This document shows positions 60,289 to 64,000 of a DNA stretch of 64,000 nt, piece by piece. The position numbers and the translations under genes were made by a program. Source of the DNA: Mycobacteriales bacterium (GTDB lineage: Bacteria > Actinomycetota > Actinomycetes > Mycobacteriales > SCTD01); NCBI GenBank assembly GCA_038235705.1, contig JBBSTR010000001.1, forward strand, positions 43,541 through 107,540, written 5' to 3'. The notes under the pieces were generated by a model. That model was not told where the DNA came from, did no database searches, and worked only from the letters and a program-made list of their open reading frames with translations. Numbering within the stretch: the stretch's first letter is position 1; every line of letters starts with the position of its first letter.

Positions 60289-60852
60289 ATGTCCGTACGC
60301 CACGGGTTGCTTGCGCTGCTCGCCGAGACGCCACGCCACGGCTACGAGCTGAAGAGCGAGTTCGAACGTCGGACCGGCGCCACTCTCAACGTCGGGCAGG
60401 TCTACACGACGCTGGCCCGGCTCGAGCGTGACGGTGCGGTCGTCGCGGGGGAGCCCGACGTGCACGGCCGCAGCGTTCACGCGATCACGGTCGAGGGGCT
60501 GGACGAGCTGCGACGGTGGTTCTCCACCCCGGTCCGTCGGGAGGACCGGCCGCGCGACGAGCTGGCGATCAAGCTGGCGCTCGCGGTCGACGCACCGGAC
60601 GTCGACGTCCCGGCCGTGCTGCAGACCCAGCGCACCGACAGCCTGCGGGCGCTGCAGGACTACACGAGGCTGCGTCAGCGCGCCGACGAGTCCGGCGACC
60701 TGGCCTGGCTGCTGGTGCTGGACCTGATGATGTTCCAGACCGAGGCCGAGGTGCGGTGGCTGGACCACTGCGAGGCGCGGCTCGTCCGCGCCCGTCACGC
60801 CGCCGCCCCGGGCCCCGCCGTCACGCCGGCCCGTACGCAGGTGCGGTCATGA
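60289..60852 (+). CDS. PadR-family transcriptional regulator
   Basis: 187 aa with winged-helix LLALLAETPRHGYELKSEFERRTG...VYTTLARLERDG and a C-terminal extension (PadR subfamily with a dimerisation domain). Confidence 0.85.
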   Translation: MSVRHGLLALLAETPRHGYELKSEFERRTGATLNVGQVYTTLARLERDGAVVAGEPDVHGRSVHAITVEGLDELRRWFSTPVRREDRPRDELAIKLALAVDAPDVDVPAVLQTQRTDSLRALQDYTRLRQRADESGDLAWLLVLDLMMFQTEAEVRWLDHCEARLVRARHAAAPGPAVTPARTQVRS

Positions 60853-61568
60853 CCGCTGTCCTCGAGCTGCGGGGCGTCTCCCGCTCGCACGGGTCGGGCG
60901 AGACCGCCGTGCGGGCCCTGGCCACCGTCTCCCTGCAGATCCGGGCCGGTGAGCTGGTGGCGGTGATGGGCCCGAGCGGATCGGGCAAGTCCACCCTGCT
61001 GCACCTGGCCGGTGGGCTCGACACCCCTTCTGCGGGCGAGGTGCTCGTCGAGGGCACCGCGCTGGGCGGGCTGTCCCGCAAGCAGCTTGCTCAGCTGCGT
61101 CGCCGCAGCGTCGGTTACGTCTTCCAGGACCTGAACCTGGTGCCCGCCCTGACCGCCGCCGAGAACGTCGCGCTGCCACGCGAGCTCGACGGCGTGCGTG
61201 CCCGTGCCGCCCGCAAGGAGGCGTTCGTCGCGTTGGAGGAGGTCGGCATCGGTGAGCTGGCGGACCGGTTCCCCGACGACATGAGCGGTGGGCAGCAGCA
61301 GCGGGTCGCGATCGCCCGTGCCCTGGTCGGCGAGCGACGCCTGGTGCTGGCCGACGAGCCGACCGGCGCTCTGGACTCGACCACCGGTGAGTCGGTGATG
61401 GCGCTGCTCCGCGCTCGCTGCGACGCCGGCGCGGCCGGGATGCTCGTCACGCACGACGCCCGGCACGCCGCCTGGGCCGACCGGATCGTCTTCCTGCGCG
61501 ACGGTCACGTGGTCGACGAGTCCGTCTACGTCTCGCCGGAGGCAGCCCTGTCGGACACCCCCCGATGA
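60849..61568 (+). CDS. ABC transporter ATP-binding protein (MacB/FtsE-type)
   Basis: 239 aa with ATGA overlap to the PadR stop. Walker A GPSGSGKSTLLHL, signature MSGGQQQRVAIARAL and Walker B LVLADEPTGALD. Confidence 0.9.
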   Translation: MTAVLELRGVSRSHGSGETAVRALATVSLQIRAGELVAVMGPSGSGKSTLLHLAGGLDTPSAGEVLVEGTALGGLSRKQLAQLRRRSVGYVFQDLNLVPALTAAENVALPRELDGVRARAARKEAFVALEEVGIGELADRFPDDMSGGQQQRVAIARALVGERRLVLADEPTGALDSTTGESVMALLRARCDAGAAGMLVTHDARHAAWADRIVFLRDGHVVDESVYVSPEAALSDTPR

Positions 61569-64000
61569 GTTCTCGAGGCGCAACCCTGCGGATCGCCCGC
61601 CGGGGTGCCCTGCGTCACAAGGGCCGCAGCGCGCTGGTGATCGCCATGATCGGGCTGCCGGTGCTCGGGGTGACCGCCATCGACGTGACCGCCCGGACCT
61701 ACCAGCTCGACGACCAGCAGAAGGCTGAGCGTTCGATCGGGCAGGCTGATGCCGCGCTGTCGGACTCCGGCTCCACGGCGATCACGCAGAACAACGCCGG
61801 CTATTACGACGTCAAGGACGGGGTCGGCTACGACCAGGCCCGTCGGATCGACCTCGCGGCCGGTCTGCCCGCCGGCAGCCGCACGCTGACCGACCGGAGG
61901 GCAGCGGCGAAGGTGCGCAGCGGTGACCGGACCGTGTCCGTGCAGGGCCGCGAGCTGGCGTACAGCGACCCGCTGGCCCGTGGGATCTACGTTCAGGCAG
62001 ACGGTCGGGCGCCTCGCGGCCCGGACGAGACCGCCCTGACGGTCACGCTCGCCGACCGCCTCGGCGTGCGGCCCGGGGACCGGGTGGCCCTCGACGACCG
62101 TGACGTCACGGTCGTCGGGACGGTGGACAGCCGCACGTCCTACGACGCGGAGGACGCCCTGGTCGGTCCCGGCGGTCTGTCCGCCCAGAAGAACGTCTCC
62201 GAGCGGCTGCTGGTGGACCTGCCGGGCACGGCGGATCTCGCCTTCGTGCAGAGCGAGAACGCACGTGGCGTTCAGGTCAGGCCCGCCGTCCCGGTGGTCG
62301 GGCTGCCCGACCCCGTCGGCGGCAGCGGCGGCTCCGACACCACCGTCATCGCCGCGCTGGTGCTCGTCGTCGGGATGGCGCTGCTGGAGGTGGTCCTGCT
62401 CGCCGGTCCGGCGTTCGCCGTCGGCGCCAAGCGTCAGGCTCGTCAGCTCGCCCTGCTGGCGGCCACCGGCGCCGAGCGCAAGGACGTACGTCGCACCGTG
62501 CTCGGCGAGGGACTCATCCTCGGCGCGGTAGGCGGTGTGGTCGGCCTCGCCGGCGGCATCGGGCTCGGTGCGCTCGCTCCGACCCTGCTCCGGCGGTTCG
62601 ACGGCAGCGTGCCGGGCCCGCTCGACCTGCGGCCGGAGCTGCTGCTGATCGTCGCGCTCGGCGTCGTCACTGCCCTGCTCGCCGCGATCCTGCCCGCCCG
62701 CGCCGCCGCCCGTCAGGACGTGGTGGCCGCGCTGACCGGGCGTCGCGGCACGACCCGCGGCAGCCGGGTCTTGCCGGTGGTCGGCCTGGTCATGGCGGCT
62801 GCCGGGACGGCGATCGCCCTGCTCGGCGCGAGCAGCTCCGAGGCGACGGTGATCCTGGCCGGTTCGGTCGTCGCCGAGCTGGGGCTGGTCGCCACGACCC
62901 CGTTCCTGGTCGGCGTGGCCGGCCGCCTCGGCCCCCGGCTGCCGCTGGCTCCGCGACTGGCTCTGCGGGACGCCAGCCGCAACCGGTCGAGAACCGCGCC
63001 GGCCGTGGCCGCCATCCTCGCTGCCGTTGCCGGGTCGGTGGCGATCGGGACCTACGTCGCGAGCACCAGCGCTCACGACCGGGCGACGTACACCGCGCAG
63101 GCCGTCCCGGGGACCGCCATTGTGCTCCTTCCGCAGGAGACGGACGAGGCCGGGGTGGGACGGGCTGCCCGGACGCTGACGGACCTCCCGGTCCAGGAAT
63201 CCGTCCCGCTGCGGGGCATGGCCTATGAAGGCAACCACCTGGAGGTCGTCCCGCCCGGGACGTGCACCGTGGACTGCGACGTCGAACGATCGTTCGGGGG
63301 TGGCTACGTGAGCGGTCCCGTGGAAGACGGTCCTGGTGTCCTGGCCGCGGCCACCGGTGCCGACGACCCTGCCCTGCACAGAGTGCTCGACGCGGGCGGC
63401 GCGGTGGTCCCGGTCGACGGTCTGAGCCCCGACGGCACGGTGACGCTGCGGACCGTCGACCAGAACGGCAACCCGGTCGGACCCGCCCGGACGGTGCCGG
63501 GGGCGGGGCTGCCCCCTGACGCGCGGCAGGTCGTCGTGCTGGCCCCCCAGCTACTCGTGGAGGAGGGGGTGCAGACCCGGCTCGAGGCGTTGGCGTTGCG
63601 GCTGACGCGGCTGCCCACGAGCGACGAGTCCGACCGTGCGCAGTCCGCTCTGGCTGACGCCGGGTTCGACCAGAGCACCACGCTCTACGTCGAGCGCGGC
63701 TACGTCGACAACTATCAGATCGGGCTGCTCGCGCTGGTCGGTGGCAGCGCGCTGCTGGTGCTCGGGGCCTCCAGCATCGCGACCGGCCTGGCCGCTGCCG
63801 ACGGGGTCGCCGACCTCGCCACCCTCGCCGCGGTCGGCGCGACCCCCGGGCTGCGGCGCGTGCTGGCCGCCTTCCAGTCGTACGTGACCGCGATCCTCGG
63901 CACGGTGCTGGGCGCGCTGGCAGGGCTCGTGCCCGCGGTGGCGCTGATCCGGGCGACCCAGACCGGGCAAGGCGCCGGCCTGCCGCTCACCCTGCCGTGG
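61565..64000 (+). CDS. ABC transporter permease with two FtsX-type domains (3' end outside window)
   Basis: Hand translation from the ATG at 61565 (ATGA overlap with the ATPase stop) is open for all 812 codons to base 64000. This is why it is missing from the ORF track. FtsX-like motifs LLAATGAERKDVRRTVLGEGLILG and TLAAVGATPGLRRVLAAFQSYVTAILG are present. Confidence 0.8.
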   Translation, partial: MSSRGATLRIARRGALRHKGRSALVIAMIGLPVLGVTAIDVTARTYQLDDQQKAERSIGQADAALSDSGSTAITQNNAGYYDVKDGVGYDQARRIDLAAGLPAGSRTLTDRRAAAKVRSGDRTVSVQGRELAYSDPLARGIYVQADGRAPRGPDETALTVTLADRLGVRPGDRVALDDRDVTVVGTVDSRTSYDAEDALVGPGGLSAQKNVSERLLVDLPGTADLAFVQSENARGVQVRPAVPVVGLPDPVGGSGGSDTTVIAALVLVVGMALLEVVLLAGPAFAVGAKRQARQLALLAATGAERKDVRRTVLGEGLILGAVGGVVGLAGGIGLGALAPTLLRRFDGSVPGPLDLRPELLLIVALGVVTALLAAILPARAAARQDVVAALTGRRGTTRGSRVLPVVGLVMAAAGTAIALLGASSSEATVILAGSVVAELGLVATTPFLVGVAGRLGPRLPLAPRLALRDASRNRSRTAPAVAAILAAVAGSVAIGTYVASTSAHDRATYTAQAVPGTAIVLLPQETDEAGVGRAARTLTDLPVQESVPLRGMAYEGNHLEVVPPGTCTVDCDVERSFGGGYVSGPVEDGPGVLAAATGADDPALHRVLDAGGAVVPVDGLSPDGTVTLRTVDQNGNPVGPARTVPGAGLPPDARQVVVLAPQLLVEEGVQTRLEALALRLTRLPTSDESDRAQSALADAGFDQSTTLYVERGYVDNYQIGLLALVGGSALLVLGASSIATGLAAADGVADLATLAAVGATPGLRRVLAAFQSYVTAILGTVLGALAGLVPAVALIRATQTGQGAGLPLTLPW

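Overview
This is a high-G+C, actinobacterial-type chromosomal window, densely coding on both strands. I recognised no rRNA, CRISPR, IS/transposase or integrase genes. The backbone is the conserved branched-chain-amino-acid and housekeeping neighbourhood: ilvB (3' end)-ilvN-ilvC, serA, leuA, leuB, ilvE, a cimA-like synthase, a FAH-family gene-gltX followed by tRNA-Gln(CUG) and tRNA-Glu(CUC), an IclR regulator divergent from leuCD, mutT1-ppk-cofC, plsC-gpsA, ddl, thiL-thiD, rpmB, recG, rsmD-coaD, yceD-rpmF and rnc-mutM-acyP. From memory, this order parallels the M. tuberculosis ilvB1 (Rv3003c) to acyP (Rv2922A) region. Five accessory blocks interrupt the backbone. (i) Two tandem secreted HExxH/DUF4214 proteins plus an amino-acid permease sit between ilvC and serA. 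(ii) A ~15.6-kb carbohydrate-oxidation island (14.9-30.5 kb) is bracketed by two copies of a ~60-nt hairpin repeat. It contains a translationally coupled operon: sugar ABC transporter, an MBL-fold protein lacking the HxHxDH motif, an uncharacterised CxxCxxC protein, a RhaM-like mutarotase and an AraA-like isomerase. It also holds three dehydrogenases, an enolase-superfamily dehydratase, a LacI regulator and an orphan TPP-dependent E1 alpha/beta pair. (iii) A degenerate HNH gene lies next to tRNA-Glu. (iv) A flavoprotein disulfide reductase is coupled to a GH15 hydrolase. (v) A PadR-ABC(FtsX) module runs off the right edge; its permease is absent from the ORF track because it has no stop in the window. 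Candidate regulatory elements include a Leu-Leu-Leu leader mini-ORF with alternative hairpins upstream of leuA, LacI-type palindromes, an IclR-leuC palindrome and a PadR promoter/operator. One 57-aa ORF below the ORF-track size cut-off was found downstream of rpmB. All functional calls rest on motif recognition by eye, gene order and start/stop geometry; no database search was possible. Many ORF-track entries are antisense shadows or over-extended N-termini and were trimmed.
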